A stretch of DNA of 64,000 nucleotides, from the NCBI GenBank assembly GCA_964016885.1, contig OZ024741.1:40300001-40364000 (forward strand), read 5' to 3'. The position numbers and the translations under genes are program-made. Shown piece by piece: positions 28,802-40,019 of the stretch (its first letter is position 1; each line of letters opens with the position of its first letter). Under the pieces are notes generated by a model. It had not been told where the DNA came from. It searched no databases and worked only from the letters and a program-made list of their open reading frames with translations. This DNA is from Eledone cirrhosa. Taxonomy: Eukaryota.

Positions 28802-29048
28802 AGACACACTCAGACAGGCATACACACGCAGACAAAGACATTGTGTAATAAGGTTATCATCATCATTATCATCATCATCGCCATTCCCACCGCCATCAGT
28901 TGTATAGATGAGAGAATTGTGGTTTGTTAGTTTAACTATTCTGTAGGGATTCTCTTATTCTTAATCACTTGACAATAATAGATTACAGGGATATCTATAT
29001 AAACTTTGTTCATCATCATGTTTTTCTGTTTATTCTGTTCAAGTTCTA

Positions 29049-29107
29049 GCTGTCTGATGAGGTCATAACTGTTGAATAATGGTTATCACCTAAATGTATA
29101 TAACAGC
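29049..29107 (+). ncRNA. Degenerate type I hammerhead ribozyme on an orphan PLE-type 3' tail
   Basis: GCTGT-CTGATGA-GGTcATAAC..GTTATcACC-TAAA (for GAAA)-TGTATA-TA-ACAGC, followed by AATAAA. Confidence 0.75.
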
Positions 29108-29258
29108 GTATATGAATAAACGAAGTTAATTTTAACCTGTTGACTTATACTTCTTGTTTTTACATTACTCCGGAGTAAACAGACCCACCTGCGTAATTCC
29201 TTGAGTGCTCTAATCCTGCATACTGAAGTGTCGGTAAGCAATCAACAGATACTCAAAG

Positions 29259-29354
<96 letters not shown>

Positions 29355-29716
29355 TAATAATAATAAATTTGAAGACTAAAATCAAAAGAGGGCTCGATAA
29401 GGATAAATAAACTTTTTAGGTTCCAGAAGATCCCGGTATGGGTGAAAGCAGCGATTCTTTGCTTAAACTTTAATCTGTTATTTTAATATATATATATATA
29501 TATTTCGTTTCTGAATTTGTTTAGCAAGATTCTTTATCTGAAATCGTGTGTTGAAACTGATATTGTTATACTTTGGGAGGGTCGTGTTGCCAATAAGAAA
29601 CACACGCACCAGTTGCTTTCACTTCAATTTATTATAATAAATTTATAATAAATTTATAAATTTATAAATTTCTGGTTGGTTGGTTGGTTCCACAACCAGA
29701 TAGTTGTTTATATATT

Positions 29717-29759
29717 GTCATAGTTCTTTCGTCACACACTCTGTGACCTCTTCAGTGAC
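29717..29759 (-). ncRNA. Type I minimal hammerhead ribozyme at PLE 3' end
   Basis: Minus strand GTCA-CTGAAGA-g-GTCACA gagtg TGTGAC-GAAA-GAAC-TA-TGAC. Confidence 0.82.
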
Positions 29760-29960
29760 TGGAGATTCCTTTCTTTGTTTCTGTGCCTCTCCTTTGTTCT
29801 GTCCTACGCCATTTTGTTTCTGTGTGTGTGTTGTGTGCTCAGTCTGTGCATGCGCCACATCCGGGTGTCTGTGTGTGTTTATGTTCATTTATCTATTTGT
29901 TTATTTACATGTTACTGGTTGGTTGTTTGTTCTATGTGTGTGTGTGTTTTCGTTTTGTCC

Positions 29961-31310
29961 TTAATTGTAAGTTGTGATGTTGCTGTTCCACTCATATTTT
30001 CTATTTAATTTTTGTTGTAATTCTTTTATGTTTACTGCCTCTGTAATTTGTCTAAACATTGCGTCTTTTCTGTCTGTAGATTCTATTTTTATTTCTATGT
30101 TCTCTAATTTACCCTTGTGTTCTATTTTAGCATGTTGGTAGAGTACAGATGATTCTTTACTATCTTGAAGGTCTCGCCAGTGTTCATTTATCCGTTCTCC
30201 TACACTACGAGCTGTCTCACCTATGTACACTATATTTTTGTCTCTACATTGTCCTTCAGTACATCTTATGCTATACACTACATTTCTAGTTTTGCAGTTA
30301 ATATGGGGGCTTATTTTACAGGTTATACATTTCTTATCTATACATGAGGGTCTTTGAAAAGGGTATGTCTTGCTAATAAGTGTTTTTACGGAGGTACCTG
30401 GTCTTTCTACTATCTTAATATTGAGTTTATGTTTGTTTAGGGCCCTTCTAAATTTGTAAGCTAATTCCCCTCTAGGGATTGTATCGATGAACATTACACT
30501 CTGGTATTTATTGCTATCATACCATGAGTTTATTCTATTAGCCTTGTTCCTAGTTCTTTCTATTCTATTCCAAAATGTGCTCCTATACAAGGGGCAGGTC
30601 CCATTTATGTCATTATTTACCATTTTTTCCCATTTGGTTCTGGCTCCTCTATACACTCTGATTCTATCTCTCTGATTGTAACCAGAGAACTGCATACGGT
30701 GGATGAAGTGTTGTATGTGTCTCTCTAGTTCTTCGAGGTTGCACATGCGGGACACGTTTCTCATCACCCGTACCAAATCCGCAATCAGTATGTTGATTTT
30801 GGTATGGTCCGAAACGGCCGAGTTTCGGTGGATCAGATGTTTGGAAGTCATGGGTTTGGCATAATGGGAATGGAGGATTTGTTTTTTGTTGTTAATGGTA
30901 TCTAACCAGAGCTCTGTATCTAGTACAGGTAATCGATGGTTGGGGTGTTTACTTGGGTAGTCTATAGTAACTCTAATGCTCTGGTGGATGGAGTTTGCTA
31001 TTTGCTGGATGCTTTCCATTGTGTTTTTCTCTAGTTCCTGACTGTTCTCTAGAGGGGGTGTCTTAACTACGATGTTTATATCATCAACGTAGCGGGAGTA
31101 CATTATCAGGGTTAAGGGGGCTTCTAATTGTTCTTTAAGTTTAAGTTTAAGTCTACTGTCCCACCATACCATGAATAAGTTAGCTATGTCGCCTGCAATG
31201 CTAACACCAATGGCTGCTCCTTCCTCTTGGGCATATGTTTTTCCATTAAATTTGAACATATGTTCCTTAAGGGTTAGTTTTATGCTGGCCCCTACCGCAT
31301 GTGCAATCAT
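29961..31310 (-). pseudogene. Largest intact segment of the PLE polyprotein (RT palm/thumb plus GIY-YIG)
   Basis: 449-aa ORF with YVDD and VVY..YIGET motifs; continues upstream in frame past one TAG. Confidence 0.9.
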
Positions 31311-33049
31311 TTTCTTCAGTTCATCGTGGTTTTCGGGTGTCCGTATGGCTCTGGTCCACCCGTACTATCTATCTGTGTGGGTTTTCTTGGCCATTGAGGT
31401 AATGGTAGGTGGTCTGCCTCTTGCTGGTCTTGTAGGGCACAGGTTGCTAAGGTCATATGTGTCTAGGTAATTATTACTATAGGTAAGTTTAAGTAGGAGT
31501 CCCAGCTCACTGGTATCAATCCCACGGAACTCAACATTGCTCTCACTGATCATTTCTACGCATTTCTCCACAGCAAAATCCACGTCAATAGATGGATACA
31601 GGGACACAACATCCATACTACCTATTATGCAGTTTGTTAGGTCCCTAGATCGGTTACTCACGCCAATTCTGCTGAGGAGGTCCTCCGTGCTGTCACATAC
31701 ATCTGGGGACATTTCAATGATGGGGCGTATGATCAGGAGAGGAAGTAGGACAGTCTGTAGTTACTAGCAATGTTAGCTCCACAGACTGGCCGTGTTGGTG
31801 GTCCCGTGACAAGTTCACTGCCCGTTTTATGGTCTTTTCGAAGCCCATACAACGCCGGCACGTCATTGTTCCAGGCCTGGAAGTTGTTGGCAGTCCTTTT
31901 GTTGGGCTGCATTATATTCGTCCACATCACCATATGGGCATTGAGGGCTTTTTCTCTATCCTCATGCTCCTGTGGTGTTACCTCTCTTGTGTTAGTGATG
32001 TGGGGTTGCATTGCCTGGATGTAGTTTGGCAGGCTGTCAACCGACATTCTGCCAGACTTGTCTGTTGGAAAGCATGCTATCTCTCCATTACGTGATCGCT
32101 GCATGAGCTTACGCAAGCCATTTGCAGATTTTTCTCCCAGTTGCTGGGCCTCCATTCTATTATGCTTCTTGCTATACTGTTCTATAATATTTCTAAGTTC
32201 GGATCTAGCTATACTAAATTGTGCTTCTGTTTGTTCATCGACCTGTGACGGCAATTGCGTGCGTTTGTTAAATGGTAAAGTCGTGGCGTGGACTCGTCGC
32301 AGGTCGAACGATTTATCCGAGGGATTATAGAAAGTAGAGTTCCAGGCTGCTGCTTTATGTGTACTAGTGCTATTGTTATTGTTAGTTGTGTTGTTTCTAT
32401 TTCTATTTCCACCAACAGCCTCATGGTTGTTTCTATGTCTCTCATAATTACTCCTGTCTCTTTCCACTGGCTCATTGTTGTTATCTATCCTATTTTGTGT
32501 ATCTGTGTGTTCGTCTTGGTTATTTTCTTTGTCCTTAGTCTCCCTTCTCCTTTTAATCCTATTACTTTCCCTTATTTCTGTGATTTCTGTGCTACTGTCA
32601 TTACTTGTTTTCTGTGTCTGTGTGTTTGTTAAGATTGTGGTGGTGGTGAGAGGCATTGAATGCGTGTGTGTTGTTGTTGTTGATGTGTGCTGTTGTTGAT
32701 GTGTGCTGTTGTTGATGTGTGCTGTTGTTGATGTGTGTTGTTGTTGTCTCCGTGTGTGTTATTATTGTTGTGTGTGTTGTTATTGTTGTTTGTGTCTGCG
32801 TGTCTGTTGTTGTTGTTTCTGGGTATATTGTTATTGTTGTTGTTGTTGGTGTGTGTGTTGTTGTTATTGTTGTTGGGATGTGTGTTGTATATGTGTGTGC
32901 GTATATTGTTGCTTTTGTTTTTGTTTTTGTTTTTGAGGCTCCAGCGTAGTTTTGTAAATGATTTTTCTATTTCTGACAGACAACTAATCATATTTACCTT
33001 CTTGAATGTCGCAAATTTCGGGGGTAAACACAACACAGATAACTCATCG

Positions 33050-33233
33050 TGGATTGGCAGTATCGGTAGAGGGTCGGACACCATGCTTTGTAGCATAGAG
33101 TTACCTCCCTTTATGATCTGAGTTCAAATCCCGCCGAGGTTAACTTTGCCTTTCATCCTTACGGGGTCGATAAAATAAAGTACCAGTAATGGACTGGCTA
33201 ATTGCTGGCCTTGTGCCTAAAGTAGAAACAATT
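33050..33233 (+). mobile_element. SINE family A inserted into the PLE N-terminal coding region
   Basis: Near full-length SINE; PLE frame reads ..NIYGNTIID | DELSVLCLPPKF.. across it. Confidence 0.9.
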
Positions 33234-33441
33234 ATCTATTATTGTGTTGCCGTATATATTTGTCTTGTTGTTGTTGTTGAACTCATCTGTAAATGAGGTG
33301 TCGGCCATATTTATACCGTCAATTTTGTCGGGATATCTATTGGTATTCTCTATAGTATCCTGATTTAGCTTTATCTGCTTAAGCCACGTTAGTTTCTTGT
33401 GAAAGTGCTTATCACATTCTTGAGTAATGTACTGTTCTTCA

Positions 33442-33624
<183 letters not shown>

Positions 33625-33776
33625 CATATATATATATATAGGAAAATGTATGACCCCGACGGCAGAGCTGAAGCCGTTTCGACGGCTATTTCTAGAACTC
33701 AAAGTATTGCGTACACTGGTGCGTTATGGTCCATCTGGTCCCTTACCACAACTCCTTCGTTATATATATATATATA

Positions 33777-34797
33777 TAATTGGTTACTTAGTAAAATCGA
33801 ATCTCTGGCGGTGTGCAAACAAATTCGGCCTACTATATGAATGAGTTACCAAAGCAGGTAAGGTAAGGTAGGTCCTTAGAGTAATAACATACGTTTAAAT
33901 AGCTTGACAAATTGAATATTGTGGTAGGCAAAATCTAACACACGATATACCAAAGTAACGAAAGAACTAACAGGTTGAGAAAAATACACCTGGACAAATC
34001 TAACGTTATACGTTAAAAGTGTTTCTATGAACCGAAATCAAATATCAGACTTACGTAACTGGCAAGCTCGTGGTATTCATGATCGAACGGAGGATTTAGT
34101 TCATCAACAGCTTTTCGTTCTACCAAAGAACGGGGCGAGAAGCTAAATGTTGCCGCTACATGCAGCGTATCGTATATTTAGATGTCACTTGTTATTTCCA
34201 GCAAGGGAAATAACCCCCGGTTTTTGGCGGGTCATTCAAAATGTTAGACAAAGGAAATATTATAATTTCCGTTAACCATCAGAATAAGCTCTCGACCAGA
34301 TGTTATTAAACAAACGCAAACAATTAACCAATCAACAGAATTGTCTAATTAAATTAATTAGTTAATTATTAAATCTAGGAGAGAATAATATAATTGGATA
34401 CTTAGTAAAATCGAATCTCTGGCGGTGTGCAAGCAAATTCGGCCTACTATATGAACCGCCAATAACCGGGGGTTATTTCCCTTGCTGGAAATAACACGTG
34501 ACATCTAAATATACGATACGCTGCAGCTAGCGGCAACATTTAGCTACTCCCCCGTTCTTTGGTAGAACGAAAACCTGTTAATGAACTGAATCCTCCGTTC
34601 GATCATGAATACCACGAGCTTGCCAGTTACGTAAGTCTGATATTTGATTTCGGATTCATAGAAACACTTTAAACGTATAACGTTTGATTTGTCCAGGTGT
34701 ATTTTTCTCAACCTGTTAGTTCTTTCGTTACTTTGGTATATTGTGTGTTAGATTTTGCCTACCACAATATTCAATTTGTCAAGCTATTTAAACGTAT
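33777..34797. repeat. Composite repeat: about 65-bp direct repeat plus about 340-bp inverted repeat
   Basis: 33777-33841 matches 34390-34454 directly; 33889-34233 is the reverse complement of 34453-34796. Confidence 0.92.
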
Positions 34798-34852
34798 ATA
34801 TATATATAATATATATATCGACAGTCGATAAACTTTCGTGAAATCGGACCGA

Positions 34853-34902
<50 letters not shown>

Positions 34903-34941
34903 ATAGAATCAGTTTTAAACTAGTTAAACCATTACTTGGGA

Positions 34942-35078
34942 TAGAGTTACGCCCCTTCATGATCTGAGTTCAAATCCCGCCGAGATTAACTTTGCCTTCC
35001 ATCCTTACTGGGTCGATAAAATAAAGTACCAGTTATGCACTGATATAATTGGTGGTCTTGTGACAAAAGTAGAAACAA
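34942..35078 (+). mobile_element. 5'-truncated SINE family A
   Basis: B box, body and tail present. Confidence 0.85.
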
Positions 35079-35247
35079 GTATAAAGAATAGGGGCCCAAT
35101 GGCTGAGTTCTTGCCGTTTTAGCAGCTACTTCCAGACTATATATAATAATTGTATATATTAATAAAAGTAGAGGATCGGTTTCAGCTAGTTACCCTCTCT
35201 CTTTCTCTCTATCTCTCTCACTCACTCTCTCTATATCTCTCTCTATA

Positions 35248-35326
<79 letters not shown>

Positions 35327-35465
35327 CGAAGGAATTGTGGTAAGGTAGCAGATGGACCATAACGCACGAGAGTACTCAATACTTAGGGTAATAGGGTGGG
35401 TAATAGGAAAAAGCATATAACGATATGTGCTTTTACAATTCTCCAGAGAAGCCGGAAGATGGGTA

Positions 35466-35510
35466 AATATTGCTGATGAGATGTAATAACATCGAAACTA
35501 GTCCAATATT
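35466..35510 (+). ncRNA. Canonical type I minimal hammerhead ribozyme (GUC site)
   Basis: AATATTG-CTGATGA-GATGT aata ACATC-GAAA-CTAG-TC-CAATATT: 7-bp stem I, 5-bp stem II, palindromic ACTAGT stem III; predicted cleavage after C35503. Confidence 0.95.
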
Positions 35511-35934
35511 CCTGTCTGGCCCTCTGGAGAATAGAGGAAATGTGTTTCCTTGAAAACTCGTATGACTCTAAAACCCGGTCCGTCTGTGTGGTTACATACA
35601 GACTAGCTGACACTCACTGTAAAGTGTCTAGTGAAAAACTGAGTACATGTACATATGTATACATGTGTGTATTTATATGCATACTAATACTTCCGTATAC
35701 ATATGTAGATGTACACTTTAACTTAATTGTTTAAGCGTCAGTCATACAAAAGTGAGTTAGAAGCGAAACGAAATTTAATTTCGTTTCGTTATTTGTTTTT
35801 ATCGTTTCCGCTGAACCGGTGCGTACAATGACTCACGTTCTATGCAAATTAGTCTACCCACTACTAATTTTCATAGAAAAAGCATATAACGATATGTGCT
35901 TTTACAATTCTCCAGAGAAGCCGGAAGATGGGTA

Positions 35935-35979
35935 AATATTTCTGATGAGATGTAATAACATCGAAACTAGTCCAATATT
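35935..35979 (+). ncRNA. Second hammerhead copy
   Basis: Identical to 35466-35510 except G>T at 35941, the stem I pair next to the core; predicted cleavage after C35972. Confidence 0.9.
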
Positions 35980-36191
35980 CCTGTCTGGCCCTCTGGAGAA
36001 TAGAGGAAATGTGTTTCCTTGAAAACTCGTATGACTCTAAAACCCGGTCCGTCTGTGTGGTTACATACAGACTAGCTGACACTCACTGTAAAGTGTCTAG
36101 TGAAAAACTGAGTACATGTACATATGTATACATGTGTGTATTTATATGCATACTAATACTTCCGTATACATATGTAGATGTACACTTTAAC

Positions 36192-36261
<70 letters not shown>

Positions 36262-36583
36262 ATATGTATACATATCTATGTGTAGATGTAGGTGTGTGTG
36301 TGTTGGCATATGTGTGCAGGTATGTGTGTGCGTGTGTGTGTGTGTGTAGGGATATATGTGCATGTATGTGTGTGCGGGTGTGTGTGTGTGTATGTGTGAG
36401 TGTGTGTGTGGGGGGGACACATGTGTGCATGTATGTGTGTGCGTGTGCGTGAGTGTGTGTGTGTGCATGGGCATATGTGTGCATGTATGTGTGTGTGTGT
36501 GAGTGTGTGTGCGTGTGTGTGTCTATGTGTGTGTGTGTCTATGTGTGTGTGTGTATGAGTATGTGTATGTGTATATATGTGTA

Positions 36584-36617
<34 letters not shown>

Positions 36618-36829
36618 ATATCGTTACATATTTGAAAAAGGAATCCGATTACGGGTTTGAAGGTTTAGGTGGGCAGACGTGCAATCTTTGTGCTTCAGTA
36701 CCTCTTCATTACGTGTCTGCGTGAGGTGCTGCTGCACATCTATACTTCTATATTAATGCTATTGTTTCTCATTCACTTCAAATTATGTATTGTGTTATGA
36801 TGCTCATTGTTTGATAGTCCTCTCAACCC

Positions 36830-37155
36830 CATCTCTCTCTCTCTCTTCGCTCTTCTCTCTTCTCTCTCATGCTCTCTCTCTCTCTCTCTCACTCTCTCTC
36901 TCACTCTGTTTCTTCCCCCTTCTCTCTCTCGCTCTCTCTCTCCCTTCTCACTCTCTCATTCTCCATTCTCTCTCTCTCTCTCTCACTCACTCGCTCTGTC
37001 TGTCTCCCTCTCTCTCTCTCTCTTTCCCTCTCTCTCGTTCTTTCTCTTGCTCTCTCCTCCACTCTCTCTTCCTCTCTTTCTCCCTCTCTTTCTCCCCCCT
37101 CTCCCCCTCCCCCTCCCCCTCTCCCCCTCTCCTCTTCCTCTCACTCTCGCCCGCT

Positions 37156-37218
<63 letters not shown>
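36830..37218. repeat. (CT)n polypyrimidine microsatellite
   Basis: Direct reading. Confidence 0.95.
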
Positions 37219-37221
<3 letters not shown>

Positions 37222-37649
37222 ATTTATCTCCCCATTTTCTGTTTATATTATATTTTCCCGATACCCCCACTACACCACTACACCACTACACCACTACACC
37301 ACTACACCACTACACCACATCCAAACAAAATCAGTTCTCCGAACTCCCTGTGAGCAGAACTGTGAGCAGTTCCATGCAAAAGCAACTAACTGACTGTTCC
37401 CTTGGGAGGTAAATACCGTCTTGCTCTAGCTTGGCATCCCTTTCTTGACCGAGGCACAGGAATGACCTTTCAATTGGATATTGTTCCCCAAGACATTCAT
37501 AAAACTTCAGCTGAAATGAGCCGCCATAATGGCTGCTCCCCAATCAAAGCAACGAAACTTTACAACCAGAAAAAGATAGCGCGAGGAGCGGGAAAAAATA
37601 AATAACATACACAGAGGCAATTTGATGTTTGTATGTAAAGTAGGGGGGA

Positions 37650-38087
37650 TAGTAGTTGTTATAGTTGCTGCTGTTGTTGTTGTTGTTAGTGTTGTTGTTA
37701 TGGTTATTGCTGTTAGTGTTGTTGTTGTTGTTGTTATGGTTGTTATTGTTGTTGTTATTGCCGTTATTGTTGTTGTTGTTGCTGTTCTTCTTCTTCTTCT
37801 TCTTCTTCTCCTCCTCATCATCATCATCGTCGTCATCGTCATTATTATAATTAATGCTGTTGTTATTTCATCATCACCATCATCGTTGTCATCATCATCA
37901 TTATTAATATCATTGTTGTTATTGTTGTTGCTGTTGTTGTTGTTGTTATTGTTCTTGTTATGTTATCATCATCGTAAATATCACTATCCCCTACTGCCAC
38001 TACTACTACTACTACTACTACTACAACCTACTACTACCGCCACTACTACTATTACTACCACAACTACTACTACCACCACCGCTGCTG

Positions 38088-38142
<55 letters not shown>

Positions 38143-38188
38143 CACTATTACTACTACCACAATCACTACTACTACTACTACTACCACC

Positions 38189-38231
<43 letters not shown>

Positions 38232-38266
38232 TTACAACCACCACCACCAATACTACTACTACTACA

Positions 38267-38316
<50 letters not shown>

Positions 38317-38476
38317 CACCACCACTACTACTACTACTACCACAATCACTACCACCACTACTACTACTACCACCACCACCACCACTACTACTACTACTAC
38401 CACAATCACTACTACTACTACTACCACCACCACCACCACCACCACCACCACCACCACCACCACCACCACCACCACC

Positions 38477-38533
<57 letters not shown>

Positions 38534-39219
38534 GTTATCTTCTGCTGTTTTTCTCCACACCGTAATAAAAACTTCCGCCCTTTATCTTTGTTCTACTCCA
38601 CCTCCACCACGGACCATTACCAAATAAGGTAATGACCTCATGTTGTTATTTATGTAATTGTTTGTATTATTATTTAAATTTCTTATATTTATTACTATTT
38701 CTATATTGTTTAATGTTGTTATCTAACATGATGTAGAAACATTGTTTTATATTGTGTTTCGTATGTTTACTGCGTTTGAAATCCTAGTAGGCCAGAACAG
38801 ACCCCATCATCATCACCTTCGTAATCATCATCATCATCATCATCATCATCGTCGTAATCATCATCATCATCTTCGTAATCATCATCGTCGTCATCATCTT
38901 CATCATCATCATCTTCATCATCACCATCACCATCATCATCATCGTCATCATCCTCATCATTATCACCATCATCCTCATCATCATCATCGTCATCATCACC
39001 ACCATCATCACCACATTCTCATCATCATCATCGTCATCATCACCACCATCATCACCATCATCATCATCTGCGTAATCATCATCACCATCATCATCATCGT
39101 CATCATCATCGGCATCATCATCATCGTCATCACCATCATCATCATCATCGTCGTCATCATCATCCTCATCATCATCATCTTTATCATCATCATCATCATC
39201 ACCGTCGTCATCATCATCC

Positions 39220-39293
<74 letters not shown>

Positions 39294-39465
39294 GTCGTCA
39301 TCATCATCATCATCATCATCATCTTTATCATCATCCCCACCGTCATCATCACCGTCGTCATCATCACCAACGCCATCACCGTCATCACCATCACCATCAC
39401 CATCACCTTTATCCTCCCCATCACCAACATCATCGACATCATCTTTATCATCCTCGTCATTATTA
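37650..39465. repeat. Compound trinucleotide microsatellites (GTT)n, (ACT/ACC)n, (CAT)n
   Basis: Direct reading; explains the poly-T/V/H/I/M ORFs. Confidence 0.95.
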
Positions 39466-39469
39466 TAAC

Positions 39470-39703
39470 ATCAGACACCATGTTTTGTATCATAGATTAA
39501 TGCCCTTTATGTTCTGAGTTCAAATCCCACCGAGGTTAACTTTGCCTTTCATCCTTACGGGGTCGATAAAATAAAGTACCGCCCTGGGGTCGATTTAATC
39601 GACTTTCTCCGCCCCATTATTGTTGGCCTGGTGCCTCGATAAAATAAAGTACCAGTAATGCACTGGGTAATTGCTGGCATTTTGCCAAAAGTAGAAACAA
39701 TTA
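39470..39703 (+). mobile_element. SINE family A with duplicated 3' part
   Basis: B box GAGTTCAAATCCC; TCGATAAAATAAAGTACC occurs twice. Confidence 0.82.
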
Positions 39704-39770
39704 TTACTAGTACATAATGGGGTTTTTTTCAGAGGGAGCAAGGCAAATCACAACAAAGCTATGTTTGGGG

Positions 39771-39837
<67 letters not shown>

Positions 39838-39860
39838 ATATATATATATACATATATATG

Positions 39861-39917
<57 letters not shown>

Positions 39918-40019
39918 CTCTGGAAAACCTTTTTTTCCTGTTGAGTGCTTCCAATCTATTGTAAAACTCATTCTTTGATGTATTCATTGAACCTTGTTTA
40001 ACTTTTAAATATATATATA

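Larger units (their letters stand above)
35407..36197 (+). mobile_element. Retrozyme-like element: about 1.7 tandem copies of a 469-nt hammerhead-bearing monomer
   Basis: 322-bp direct repeats at 35407-35728 and 35876-36197 (one mismatch seen), each with a hammerhead; non-coding and hairpin-rich. Confidence 0.82.

Noticed and set aside
31733-31735. TGA in the Naiad-type PLE as a possible selenocysteine codon
   Set aside because: Downstream coding continues in a different frame, consistent with a 1-nt deletion. The other interruption is TAG, so there is no evidence for Sec here.
33670-33695. GAAACGGCT in family H as half a hammerhead
   Set aside because: It is one arm of a simple AGCCGT/ACGGCT hairpin, with no matching CTGANGA or stem I.
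35407-36197. LTR retrotransposon or TRIM interpretation of the 322-bp direct repeats
   Set aside because: No TG..CA termini, primer-binding site, polypurine tract or TSD seen; a partial tandem of a 469-nt unit fits better.
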